Assembly: GCA_902797255.1 (NCBI GenBank)
Contig: CADBSN010000056.1
Coordinates: 1-36,600, forward strand
From: an uncultured Bacteroidales bacterium
GTDB taxonomy: Bacteria; Bacteroidota; Bacteroidia; Bacteroidales; Bacteroidaceae
DNA length: 36,600 nucleotides
Direction: 5' to 3'
Part shown: one piece after another, positions 26,965 to 34,859 of the stretch
Layout of the letters: each line of letters starts with the position of its first letter
How positions within the stretch are numbered: position 1 is the stretch's first letter
Translations under genes and position numbers: made by a program
The notes under the pieces: model-generated
What the model was told of the DNA's origin: nothing
Database searches by the model: none
Seen by the model: the letters and a program-made list of their open reading frames with translations, nothing else

Positions 26965-28491
26965 ATGAAACGGTTTTCAATTATTGCATTATTGCATTTT
27001 ATGATTTCATTGTGCTTGCCACTCTCGGCAGCAACGGTCGTCTTATCGGTGAACAAAACTCAGAAGCAAACCATCACGGGTTTTGGTGCTGCTTGTTGCG
27101 ATGGGGCTATGTGCCCGTATGGTACCGATACGAATCCTGTGAAACTGTTGTACGGCAAGCAATCGAAGATTGGACTGAATATCATGCGCATGGAGATTTC
27201 ACCAAGTTTCAATGGTGACGATAATGCGAGCTGGAGCAACTACAACTGGCAGGGGTGTGTGCCTTCTGCAAAGATTGTGAAGCAGAGAGGCGGTATTGTG
27301 TTCGGTACACCTTGGTCTCCTCCAGGCGAATATAAGACAAACGGAACGGCTCAGGGTGGCAATTCTGACAGTCAGGGAAATCAGCGAGGAAAGTTGCGTG
27401 AGGATTGTTACGAGAAATTCTTCCCGTGGCTGAACTCATACCTGAAATATATGAAGTCGAAGGGCGTGAAGGTAGATGCTGTTTCCATCCAGAACGAGCC
27501 AGACTGGTGGGTAAGCTACTCTGGTTGCCTGTACGACCCTCAGGATTTAGTGACCCTGGTCAAGAACCATGCTTGGATGCTCGACCGCGAGACATATCCA
27601 GGTGTGCGACTCATTAGCGGTGAGAGCTTGGGTTTCACGCAGAACTATACTGACCCGCTCATGCGCGATACGACTTGTCGCAAACAAATTGATATCGTGG
27701 CAGGTCACATGTATGGTCATGCACCGCTCACATATATGAAGCAGGCAGCTGTCCTCGCTACCAAGTATGGCAAGGAGGTGTGGATGACTGAGCACTCAGT
27801 AACGGATTATTTGACAGACCGCCTCCCCAACTGGCATGAGCAACTGCAATTTGCCGAGGAACTGAACGAGTGTATGCTGGCAGGATGCACAGGATATATC
27901 TATTGGTATATGCGTGCACATTGGGCATTCGTGGGTACGGGCGAGTCGAAATATGGTACAGCTAACAAGAAAAACACCTTGTTGCCTCGCGCCTACATTA
28001 TGGCTCACTTTGCCAAGCATGTAACAGGCTCTACTCGTCTGACGACCTCACGTGATATGACCTCAGGCCAGGAAGCTGCACAGGAGTATTCTGCATATAT
28101 CAAGGGTGACTCGCTCATCGTGATGGCGATCGACACCACGAAGACAGCCTACGATCTGAAAATCCGTTTGCCATACGCTGTGAAGAGTGGGGAACACCTT
28201 GTGTCGACTGGCAACGAAACAGCAAACTTATGTCAGGTGCAGCCAATCACCATTGAAGAGCCTTCAACGATGGTGACCGTTAACATGCCTGCTCGCAGTC
28301 TAAACACCTATATCTTCATGATTCAACGCGAAGATACGGGCATCGAAGATGTGAAAGCGGAAGGGCAAATGGCGAAACGCGAAGGGGTTTACGATTTCAG
28401 TGGTCGAAGAATCGCAAGCAGTAAAACTGTAAATGGTAATTTACCTGCCGGTATTTATATTCAAGATGGAAAAAAGGTCTTGATTAGGTAG
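26965..28491 (+). CDS. Glycoside hydrolase family 30, XynC/glucuronoxylanase-like, with a short T9SS-type C-terminal tail
   Basis: Motifs: ITGFGAA, GGIVFGTPWSPP, VDAVSIQNEPD (acid/base Glu), VWMTEHS (nucleophile Glu), GYIYWYMRA. C-terminal tail: GVYDFSGRRI...LPAGIYIQDGKKVLIR. Confidence 0.85.
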   Translation: MKRFSIIALLHFMISLCLPLSAATVVLSVNKTQKQTITGFGAACCDGAMCPYGTDTNPVKLLYGKQSKIGLNIMRMEISPSFNGDDNASWSNYNWQGCVPSAKIVKQRGGIVFGTPWSPPGEYKTNGTAQGGNSDSQGNQRGKLREDCYEKFFPWLNSYLKYMKSKGVKVDAVSIQNEPDWWVSYSGCLYDPQDLVTLVKNHAWMLDRETYPGVRLISGESLGFTQNYTDPLMRDTTCRKQIDIVAGHMYGHAPLTYMKQAAVLATKYGKEVWMTEHSVTDYLTDRLPNWHEQLQFAEELNECMLAGCTGYIYWYMRAHWAFVGTGESKYGTANKKNTLLPRAYIMAHFAKHVTGSTRLTTSRDMTSGQEAAQEYSAYIKGDSLIVMAIDTTKTAYDLKIRLPYAVKSGEHLVSTGNETANLCQVQPITIEEPSTMVTVNMPARSLNTYIFMIQREDTGIEDVKAEGQMAKREGVYDFSGRRIASSKTVNGNLPAGIYIQDGKKVLIR

Positions 28492-28510
28492 TCCTATCCG
28501 TTTTTTTTCG

Positions 28511-28518
28511 TATCTTTG
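28511..28518 (+). promoter_or_regulatory. -7 motif TAtcTTTG for the DUF554 gene
   Basis: Ends 24 nt upstream of ATG 28542. Confidence 0.5.
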
Positions 28519-28541
28519 CAGACGAAATAGGAAAGGAACGG

Positions 28542-29249
28542 ATGTTAGGCACAATCGTAAATACATCGACCATCATTCTCGGTAGTCTGATAGGGGCTAC
28601 CTTGAAACGAGGTATCAAACCACAATACCAGCAAGTGGTGTTCGTGGCGCTGGGACTCTGCTCTGTGGCTTTGGGTTTGAATGCCTTCGTGCAGTTCATG
28701 CCCAAAAGTCATTATCCCGTGTTGTTCATCCTCGCCATGGCGGTGGGGGGAGTCATTGGAGTGTCGCTGAAACTCTCGCAACGGTTCGACAAGTTGGTGA
28801 ATCGTAAGCGCACGACCGACGACAACTCTCCAAAACTCTCTGAAGGACTCTCGACAGCCATCCTGCTCTACTGCATTGGAACCTTCTCCATGCTGGGACC
28901 TGTCAATAGTGCCTTGCTGGGCGATAATACTTATCTCTACACGAACGCTACACTCGATTTTGTCACCTCGATGGTGCTCTCTGCTACTTATGGTTACGGC
29001 ATGATTCTGGCTGCTCCTGTCCTGTTCTGCTGGCAAAGCGCATTTTACCTCACCGCAAAGGTGTCTGCTTCTGCGATTAGTGACGACCTTATCACAGAAC
29101 TCTCGTTGGTGGGAGGACTACTGATTATGGCTAGCGGATTCACCATCCTGAAGGTGAAGGACTGCAAGACGCTCAATTTGCTGCCAGCGCTCTTCATTCC
29201 GATCCTCTTCTTCCTGTTCCGTTTCGCCTTCCTAAAATTACTCTTTTGA
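28542..29249 (+). CDS. DUF554 (YqgA/YdfK-like) inner-membrane protein
   Basis: N-terminus MLGTIVNTSTIILGSLIGATLKRGI, with multiple hydrophobic helices. The antisense ORF 28545..29036 is discarded. Confidence 0.75.
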   Translation: MLGTIVNTSTIILGSLIGATLKRGIKPQYQQVVFVALGLCSVALGLNAFVQFMPKSHYPVLFILAMAVGGVIGVSLKLSQRFDKLVNRKRTTDDNSPKLSEGLSTAILLYCIGTFSMLGPVNSALLGDNTYLYTNATLDFVTSMVLSATYGYGMILAAPVLFCWQSAFYLTAKVSASAISDDLITELSLVGGLLIMASGFTILKVKDCKTLNLLPALFIPILFFLFRFAFLKLLF

Positions 29250-29330
29250 TTCCTTTACCAAATCTCTGTATAAAACAACTGCGGACAAGGAGTTCGTCTC
29301 TTTGCACTTCAGTGTGATGGTTGCCTCTCT

Positions 29331-30665
29331 TCATTCCTTGCATCTTATCATCTCCATCCACTTATCAAGCCATCCTGCCAATGGAGCTGGACTGCTGAGC
29401 AAACCGCAGTTGTACTGAAGGTTCAGCATTGAGTAACGCATGCGGTGACGGGGCTCGTATGTCTTCGTATAGACCGCGAGGCTGTTGCCGCTGATGTTCT
29501 TCTCGGCCTTGACCTCAACGGGGATTATCTCGTCGTCCCATTGGATAATGAACTCCACTTCGGCTGTACCTGGTGATGTCCAGTAATAGGGTTTCTGGTC
29601 GTCCATGAAGGGCATGATGGACTGAAGGACGGCATCCTCGGCCATCGCACCCTTGAACTCCGTGTAGTTGGCAATGGGGTCGGTGACAACGGTTGCGGGC
29701 AGATGGGCCAGACGGCGCAACAGGCCGCAGTCGCAGGCATAGACCTTGAAAGCGTCCATCTCTTCGTAGGCCGACAGGGGCATGCCGGGCTTGCTGATAC
29801 TAAAGATACGATGAATCATGCCGGCATCCTCCAGCCACATCAAGGCATCTTCGTAGTCCTTGGAACGGGCACCCGTCTTGATGACTTTCCACACGAATTT
29901 GCGGTTCTCCTTCGATAACTGAGCGGGCAACGAATGCCAGACGGCATGAATGCGGGGAATCTCGCGCGGCTCGGCATACTTGGCAAAGTCCAGCTCATAG
30001 AGGTCGAGTATGCCTTGCAGGGCCATCTCCACCTCACCGATGCCCTTATCGTCCAGAAGCGCCACGATGGCCTCGGGCATACCGCCACAGACCTGATAGC
30101 GGCGATACTCCGTGCGTAACTTGTTCATGATGATTTCGGGCAGGTGGCGTATTTCGTCCAAGGAGTCGATATACTCGTAGGTGCGCAAGTCGCTGGCCCG
30201 CAGGAACTCCTTGAACGTGACGGGGTACATATTTATGATTTTGACTTTTCCCACCGGCACCGTCATTCTGCGTCGCTTGACGGCTACTCCCAGCAGCGAA
30301 CCAGCGGCAATGATATGATACTGTGGGGCCTCGTCGCGGAAATACTTCAGACTGTTCAGCGCCTCCTCGCACTCCTGTATCTCGTCGAAGATCATCAGCG
30401 TCTCGCCAGCAACGATGGGCTGTTCGCAATAGAGCGTCAGTTCCTTGATGAGTCGCTGCGGATCCTTCGACGTCTGGAACACGGATTTCAGTTCCGGCTG
30501 GCGGTCGAAGTCGAACTTGACACAGTATTTGAAACACTCCCGTCCGAATGTCTCCATTGCCCAAGTCTTACCAATCTGGCGAGCGCCTTTCAGCAGGATG
30601 GGCTTCCTGTCATGAGCATCTTTCCAAGCCTTGAACTGATTGATGATGTCTCTTTCTATTCTCAT
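29331..30665 (-). CDS. AAA_14 / DUF4143-type ATP-binding protein
   Basis: Walker A-like motif ILLKGARQIGKTW, Walker B-like LMIFDEIQ, 444 aa. TAttTTTG upstream at 30727-30734 (- strand). The gene is visibly more GC-rich than its neighbours. Confidence 0.8.
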   Translation of the reverse strand: MRIERDIINQFKAWKDAHDRKPILLKGARQIGKTWAMETFGRECFKYCVKFDFDRQPELKSVFQTSKDPQRLIKELTLYCEQPIVAGETLMIFDEIQECEEALNSLKYFRDEAPQYHIIAAGSLLGVAVKRRRMTVPVGKVKIINMYPVTFKEFLRASDLRTYEYIDSLDEIRHLPEIIMNKLRTEYRRYQVCGGMPEAIVALLDDKGIGEVEMALQGILDLYELDFAKYAEPREIPRIHAVWHSLPAQLSKENRKFVWKVIKTGARSKDYEDALMWLEDAGMIHRIFSISKPGMPLSAYEEMDAFKVYACDCGLLRRLAHLPATVVTDPIANYTEFKGAMAEDAVLQSIMPFMDDQKPYYWTSPGTAEVEFIIQWDDEIIPVEVKAEKNISGNSLAVYTKTYEPRHRMRYSMLNLQYNCGLLSSPAPLAGWLDKWMEMIRCKE

Positions 30666-30945
30666 ATTCTACGCACGAAAGTTTGATTTTGTGTAATTAT
30701 ACTACACTTTTTCTAACTTTCATCTGCAAAAATAGTCTTTTCCCACGAAACAACCAAACTTTTTCGCAATTAAATGACCTCGATACTAGAAAAATATGCT
30801 GTTTTTTCGATTTTGGGGATGTACCATTCAACTATTTCTAGGGAAGTTCACTCCCTAAAAGGGGCAGAGAAACAAAAAACATATTATTTTCACTACATTT
30901 CTCATTTTTTTCAACTCTACAATCTTTCAATCTTTCTATTTTTAT

Positions 30946-30953
30946 TATCTTTG
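30946..30953 (+). promoter_or_regulatory. -7 motif TAtcTTTG upstream of the zinc-ribbon ORF and GH28
   Basis: Ends 60 nt upstream of ATG 31013. Confidence 0.5.
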
Positions 30954-31012
30954 CATCGAAAAGTTTCAAAATAACGAGGATTTTTTGAATAATTTGTTTA
31001 AATCTATTTGAT

Positions 31013-31138
31013 ATGGCTGATAACAATACTGAGAAGCGGGTGTACCACTGCGGAGAGTGTGGTGGAATCATCGAGAAGAGGCAGATTTTCTGCCCTACAT
31101 GCGGGAAAAAACTCGACCATTATGATTTCGAGGATTAA
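31013..31138 (+). CDS. 41-aa zinc-ribbon small protein (CxxC-X10-CxxC). It is below the size cutoff of the ORF track.
   Basis: Sequence MADNNTEKRVYHCGECGGIIEKRQIFCPTCGKKLDHYDFED*. It fits the zinc_ribbon_2 pattern (C..CG......FC..CG..L). It is the first ATG after the promoter motif. It overlaps the GH28 start by 17 nt in another frame. Confidence 0.5.
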   Translation: MADNNTEKRVYHCGECGGIIEKRQIFCPTCGKKLDHYDFED

Positions 31139-32528
31139 ATCCTTCTTGTTTTTGATGGCACTGACAGTTGCTACAATGGGTTTTGCCCAAACTGATGATG
31201 CTTGGAGTGTGGATTATAAGCGGATTGAGCAATCGATTCGTCAACCTGAATTTGCTGAGCATACTTATTTGGTTACGGACAATGGTGTATCTGCCTGGAA
31301 CGATGCTGCCCAGAACCAGAAAGCAATCAACCACTTGATTGAGTGCTGCTCCCAGTTGGGGGGCGGTAGGGTGGTCATTCCTGCTGGCGAGTGGCATACG
31401 GGTGCCATCCGATTGCTGAGTGGGGTGAACCTCGTCATCCAGAAAGGTGCACGGCTGTGTTTCTCGTCCGACACATCGCTCTACCCCTTGGTGCTCACCG
31501 CATGGGAAGGGTTGGACATGTACAACTACTCGCCTTTGATTTATGCCTATCAAGCCAGTAACGTGGCTGTGACAGGTGAGGGTGTGCTTGATGGATGTGC
31601 CTCTAACACAGCTTGGTGGCCCATGTGTGGAGCTGCGAAATATGGATGGACGCAACAGACATCAGAGTCACAGAGCTATGGCAGTCGTAATGCTTTGCTG
31701 AAGATGAGCGATGATGGAGTTCCCATAGAGCAGCGTATCTTCGGAGCTGGCAAGGGGATGCGTCCGCAAATGATTCAACTATACGAGTGCGACAGAGTGT
31801 TGCTTGAGGGGGTCACCATCCTCAATTCGCCTTTCTGGGTCATTCACCCTTTGAAAAGCACAAACGTCACTCTTCGTGGCTTAACTATCGAGAACGAAGG
31901 ACCTAATGGCGATGGGTGCGACCCTGAGTCATGTGACGGGGTGTTGATTGAGAACTGTTATTTCAATACAGGCGACGATTGCATCGCTATTAAGAGCGGT
32001 CGGAATGCCGACGGACGTCGTCGTAAGATGCCCAGTCAGAATATCATCGTGCGTAATTGCAAGATGGCAAACGGACATGGTGGGGTGGTGATAGGTAGCG
32101 AAGTGAGTGGAGGTGCCCGTAATATATTCGTTGAGAACTGCGAGATGGATAGCCCTAACCTCGAACGGGTCATCCGCCTGAAGACCAATACTTGTCGAGG
32201 AGGCGTGACAGAGAACGTATATGTACGTAACCTGAAGATAGGGCAGTGTAAGGAAGCTGTACTGAAAATTAACCTCGTTTACGAACCTCGTGAGCAGTCA
32301 CAACGTGGATTTTATCCTGTCGTTCGCAATATTTATATGGAGAACGTCGATTGCCAGTCGAGTAGGTATGGGGTCTTCATAGATGGTCTGACCGACTCCA
32401 CAAACGTATACGGGGTACAGGTGAAGAACTGCACATGGAATGGGGTGAAGGAAAACGGCAACCTCCTCCGTGGTTTGATGAAGGACGTAAAGTTCGACCA
32501 CGTCACCATCAACGGAAAAGAGATTTAA
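31122..32528 (+). CDS. Glycoside hydrolase family 28 (polygalacturonase-like)
   Basis: Signal peptide MISRIKSFLFLMALTVATMGFAQ. GH28 motifs: NGDGCDP, GDDCIAIKSG, NGHGGVVIGSE, IRLKT. The ORF-track TTG 31008 extension is not favoured. Confidence 0.85.
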   Translation: MISRIKSFLFLMALTVATMGFAQTDDAWSVDYKRIEQSIRQPEFAEHTYLVTDNGVSAWNDAAQNQKAINHLIECCSQLGGGRVVIPAGEWHTGAIRLLSGVNLVIQKGARLCFSSDTSLYPLVLTAWEGLDMYNYSPLIYAYQASNVAVTGEGVLDGCASNTAWWPMCGAAKYGWTQQTSESQSYGSRNALLKMSDDGVPIEQRIFGAGKGMRPQMIQLYECDRVLLEGVTILNSPFWVIHPLKSTNVTLRGLTIENEGPNGDGCDPESCDGVLIENCYFNTGDDCIAIKSGRNADGRRRKMPSQNIIVRNCKMANGHGGVVIGSEVSGGARNIFVENCEMDSPNLERVIRLKTNTCRGGVTENVYVRNLKIGQCKEAVLKINLVYEPREQSQRGFYPVVRNIYMENVDCQSSRYGVFIDGLTDSTNVYGVQVKNCTWNGVKENGNLLRGLMKDVKFDHVTINGKEI

Positions 32529-32560
32529 TGATCTAAAGGATAGAGCCTAAAGTCTAAATA

Positions 32561-33556
32561 ATGAATATTGAAGCTTTAAGAGAATACGCTGAAGGCAGAT
32601 GGATGTTGGATGATATGCACGGATTGCCCCACTGGGATCGTGTGTGTCAGAACGGCCAGCGTCTCCAGGTACCAGGCGTAGATATGACAGTAGTGAATTG
32701 TTTTGCCTACCTGCACGATTTGGGTAGAGAAGATAACGGATATGATGCGGAACACGGACCCCGTTCAGCTGAGATTGTCAAGACATTACGCCATACGCTA
32801 TTGAAGGACTTGACCGATGAGCAGTTCAACAAGCTCTTAAAGGCTTGTCGATTACATACCACCTCACGGCGTACGGATGACATCACTATCGATACTTGTT
32901 TCGATGCTGACCGTCTCGACCTGCCTCGTGTTCATATCATCCCCCATCCCGACAAGATGGCTACGTGGAAGGGAAAACAATTGGCCCAAGAGGCGCAGGA
33001 GGCGCATCAGCGGAAGACAGCGAATCAACCTCGCAAGATTATTTATGTGGATATGGATAATGTGTTGGTCGATTTCCAATCAGGTATTGATGCCATGTCA
33101 CCAGAGGTGCTTCGGGACTACGGAAAAGGGGGTAAATACGGAAAAGTAGATAAGGAGGGGAATCCCATAGGCGATAACTATGATGAGATTCCTGGTATCT
33201 TCGATGTGATGCGTCCCCTTGGTCGGGGTGTTGAGGCGGTACGTTTTCTTGCCCAGCGGTTTGATGTCTATATCCTGTCGACAGCTCCTTGGAAGAATCC
33301 CTCTGCTTGGTCAGCCAAGGTGAAGTGGGTGGATAAGTATTTGGGCGATGTGTGTCATAAACGACTGATTATCTCCCACCATAAGAATCTTTGTCGGGGC
33401 GACTATCTGATTGACGATCGTCCCAATAATGGGGCACGAGAGTTTGGAGAGCGTCCTGGAAGTGAATGGATACAGCTAGGCAGTTCCCGATTCCCTGATT
33501 GGAACGCCGTCCTGCAATATATCATGCGTATGGAAACACAAAATGGCCAGCTGTAA
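32561..33556 (+). CDS. Two-domain fusion: N-terminal HD-domain phosphohydrolase-like region and C-terminal 5'(3')-deoxyribonucleotidase (NT5C, HAD superfamily)
   Basis: N-terminus: HGLPHWDRV...FAYLHDLGR...DAEHG...CFDADRLDLPRV. C-terminus: IIYVDMDNVLVDF (DxDxV) ...VYILSTAPW...DYLIDDRPNNG. Confidence 0.7.
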   Translation: MNIEALREYAEGRWMLDDMHGLPHWDRVCQNGQRLQVPGVDMTVVNCFAYLHDLGREDNGYDAEHGPRSAEIVKTLRHTLLKDLTDEQFNKLLKACRLHTTSRRTDDITIDTCFDADRLDLPRVHIIPHPDKMATWKGKQLAQEAQEAHQRKTANQPRKIIYVDMDNVLVDFQSGIDAMSPEVLRDYGKGGKYGKVDKEGNPIGDNYDEIPGIFDVMRPLGRGVEAVRFLAQRFDVYILSTAPWKNPSAWSAKVKWVDKYLGDVCHKRLIISHHKNLCRGDYLIDDRPNNGAREFGERPGSEWIQLGSSRFPDWNAVLQYIMRMETQNGQL

Positions 33557-33595
33557 TGCTGACCATTTTTGTTCTTTATAGGTACGAAACAGGGA

Positions 33596-34117
33596 TTAGA
33601 ACATCATCATCATGCCTCCCATTCCCATGCCTCCCATACCACGACCTAGGCTACGGAACATAGATGACATACCAGCTGCTGAACTACGTTGCTGAATTAC
33701 CATCTGTGCTGCATGTCCTGGTGAGACGTACTGCTGGAACTTACGATAGTATTCCTCATCCGTTTCTGCTTGTTTCTTCTGACGTGCAAAGTCATCTGCT
33801 ATCAGCTTCTCAGCCTCTTCAACGGTGATCTTCTTGAAGTTGATATCTGCGCCTGCTTTCTGCTCGTAACCGTTTTTATCTACGATGTTGCCACGGTTGT
33901 TTTGCCATTCCAAGTACAATTCGATGAACTTCTCTTTGCCTTCTTCGTTAAGTTCAAAGGTTGTTGCCCATGATTCAGCCTGCTGCTTATACACTTCCTG
34001 AGCATTCATCGCTGCCTGCTCTGAGTTCTTGTCCTTCTTGCTTTTCTTGCTGCTTTGAGCCTGTGCTCCAGCAACTGCAATGAGCGCGATACAAAGTGTT
34101 AATATAATCTTCTTCAT
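33596..34117 (-). CDS. Secreted protein with a Gly/Met-rich C-terminal tail (GMGGMGMGGMMMMF), paralog of the next gene
   Basis: Signal peptide MKKIILTLCIALIAVAGAQA. Core shared with 34177..34815: F.ELYL.WQN.R...EEA.K...RQ..Q.E.D..Y..F...V.P...AQ...Q...GM.SMFR. Confidence 0.8.
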   Translation of the reverse strand: MKKIILTLCIALIAVAGAQAQSSKKSKKDKNSEQAAMNAQEVYKQQAESWATTFELNEEGKEKFIELYLEWQNNRGNIVDKNGYEQKAGADINFKKITVEEAEKLIADDFARQKKQAETDEEYYRKFQQYVSPGHAAQMVIQQRSSAAGMSSMFRSLGRGMGGMGMGGMMMMF

Positions 34118-34176
34118 ATTCTTTTCTTTATTATTATAAACTGTCGATTGTCGAATATCAATTATACATTATAATC

Positions 34177-34815
34177 TTAGAATCCTCCGAAGCCTCCGCC
34201 ACCGAAGCCTCCGCCTCCGAAGCCTCCGCCACCAAAGTCACCTCCGCCACCGAAGCCTCCGCCGCCAAAGCCTCCGCCGCCGCCCATGCCGCGGAACATA
34301 GAAGCCATGCTCGAAATCATACCTGCGAAGTTGTTACTCTCCTGAAGGAAGATCTGTGCTGATTGCTGTGGGGTTACGATTGACTTGAACTCTTCGAAAT
34401 ACTTCTTGTCCACTTCGATCTGACGGATCTGACGAGTGAGGCTCTGAGAAACTGCCTTGTTTGCTTCTTCCTGAGTCATGTTCTCGAAGTCCAGATAGTT
34501 TTCTTCACGTTCCTGGTCACCACCTGTTGGGTTAACTGCGTTGAAGCGCTCGTTCTGCCAGTTGAGGTACAGAACCTCAAACAAGTCTTTATTTGCTTTC
34601 TTGACCTTGAACTTCTTCATCAGGGTCTTTGCTTCCTGCTGAAAGTTCTCAGTCCTAGTCTGACTGACACGTGATTGGCTCTGGGGCATGCCGAAGCCGC
34701 CTCCGAAGCCACCCATGCCCATTCCACCTCCGAAGCCGCCTCCGAAGCCGCCCATCTGGGCATTCACACTCATAGAAAGTAATAGTGCGCTTGCAAAAAG
34801 AAATAATTGTTTCAT
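34177..34815 (-). CDS. Secreted protein with Gly/Phe-rich low-complexity segments at both ends of the mature chain
   Basis: Signal peptide MKQLFLFASALLLSMSVNA. Mature N-terminus QMGGFGGGFGGGMGMGGFGGGFGMPQ. C-terminus MFRGMGGGGGFGGGGFGGGGDFGGGGFGGGGFGGGGFGGF. VTPQQ resembles an LTxxQ motif. Confidence 0.8.
   Translation of the reverse strand: MKQLFLFASALLLSMSVNAQMGGFGGGFGGGMGMGGFGGGFGMPQSQSRVSQTRTENFQQEAKTLMKKFKVKKANKDLFEVLYLNWQNERFNAVNPTGGDQEREENYLDFENMTQEEANKAVSQSLTRQIRQIEVDKKYFEEFKSIVTPQQSAQIFLQESNNFAGMISSMASMFRGMGGGGGFGGGGFGGGGDFGGGGFGGGGFGGGGFGGF
34180..34285. repeat. Coding tandem repeat, about 15-bp period (gaagcctccgccacc, encoding GGGGF)
   Basis: Read directly at the 3' end of the 34177..34815 gene. 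Confidence 0.8.
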
Positions 34816-34859
34816 GTTGCTTTATGGATTTAATTGTTTAATGATTTCCACACTTTTGA

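Noticed and set aside
28545-29036. 163-aa - strand ORF opposite the DUF554 gene
   Set aside because: It is antisense to a membrane protein with the conserved DUF554 N-terminus. The promoter motif at 28511-28518 supports the + strand gene.
30046-30686. 172-aa (-) and 180-aa (+) ORFs overlapping the AAA/DUF4143 gene
   Set aside because: They are alternative-frame or antisense ORFs created by the high GC content of that gene. Only the 444-aa frame has Walker motifs.
31008-31121. TTG-initiated 38-codon extension of GH28
   Set aside because: ATG 31122 yields a classical signal peptide. The extension shares its DNA with the better-supported zinc-ribbon ORF in another frame. The open frame is nevertheless noted in the frameshift-fusion finding.
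31095-31655. 186-aa - strand ORF opposite GH28
   Set aside because: It is antisense to a gene with all four GH28 signature motifs.
28542-33556. Possible defence island (AAA ATPase, zinc-ribbon ORF and HD-nucleotidase)
   Set aside because: The genes lie on different strands and are interrupted by a GH28 with its own promoter. No nuclease, methylase, TIR, Sir2, reverse transcriptase or recombinase signatures were seen. The association looks coincidental, so the components are reported individually.
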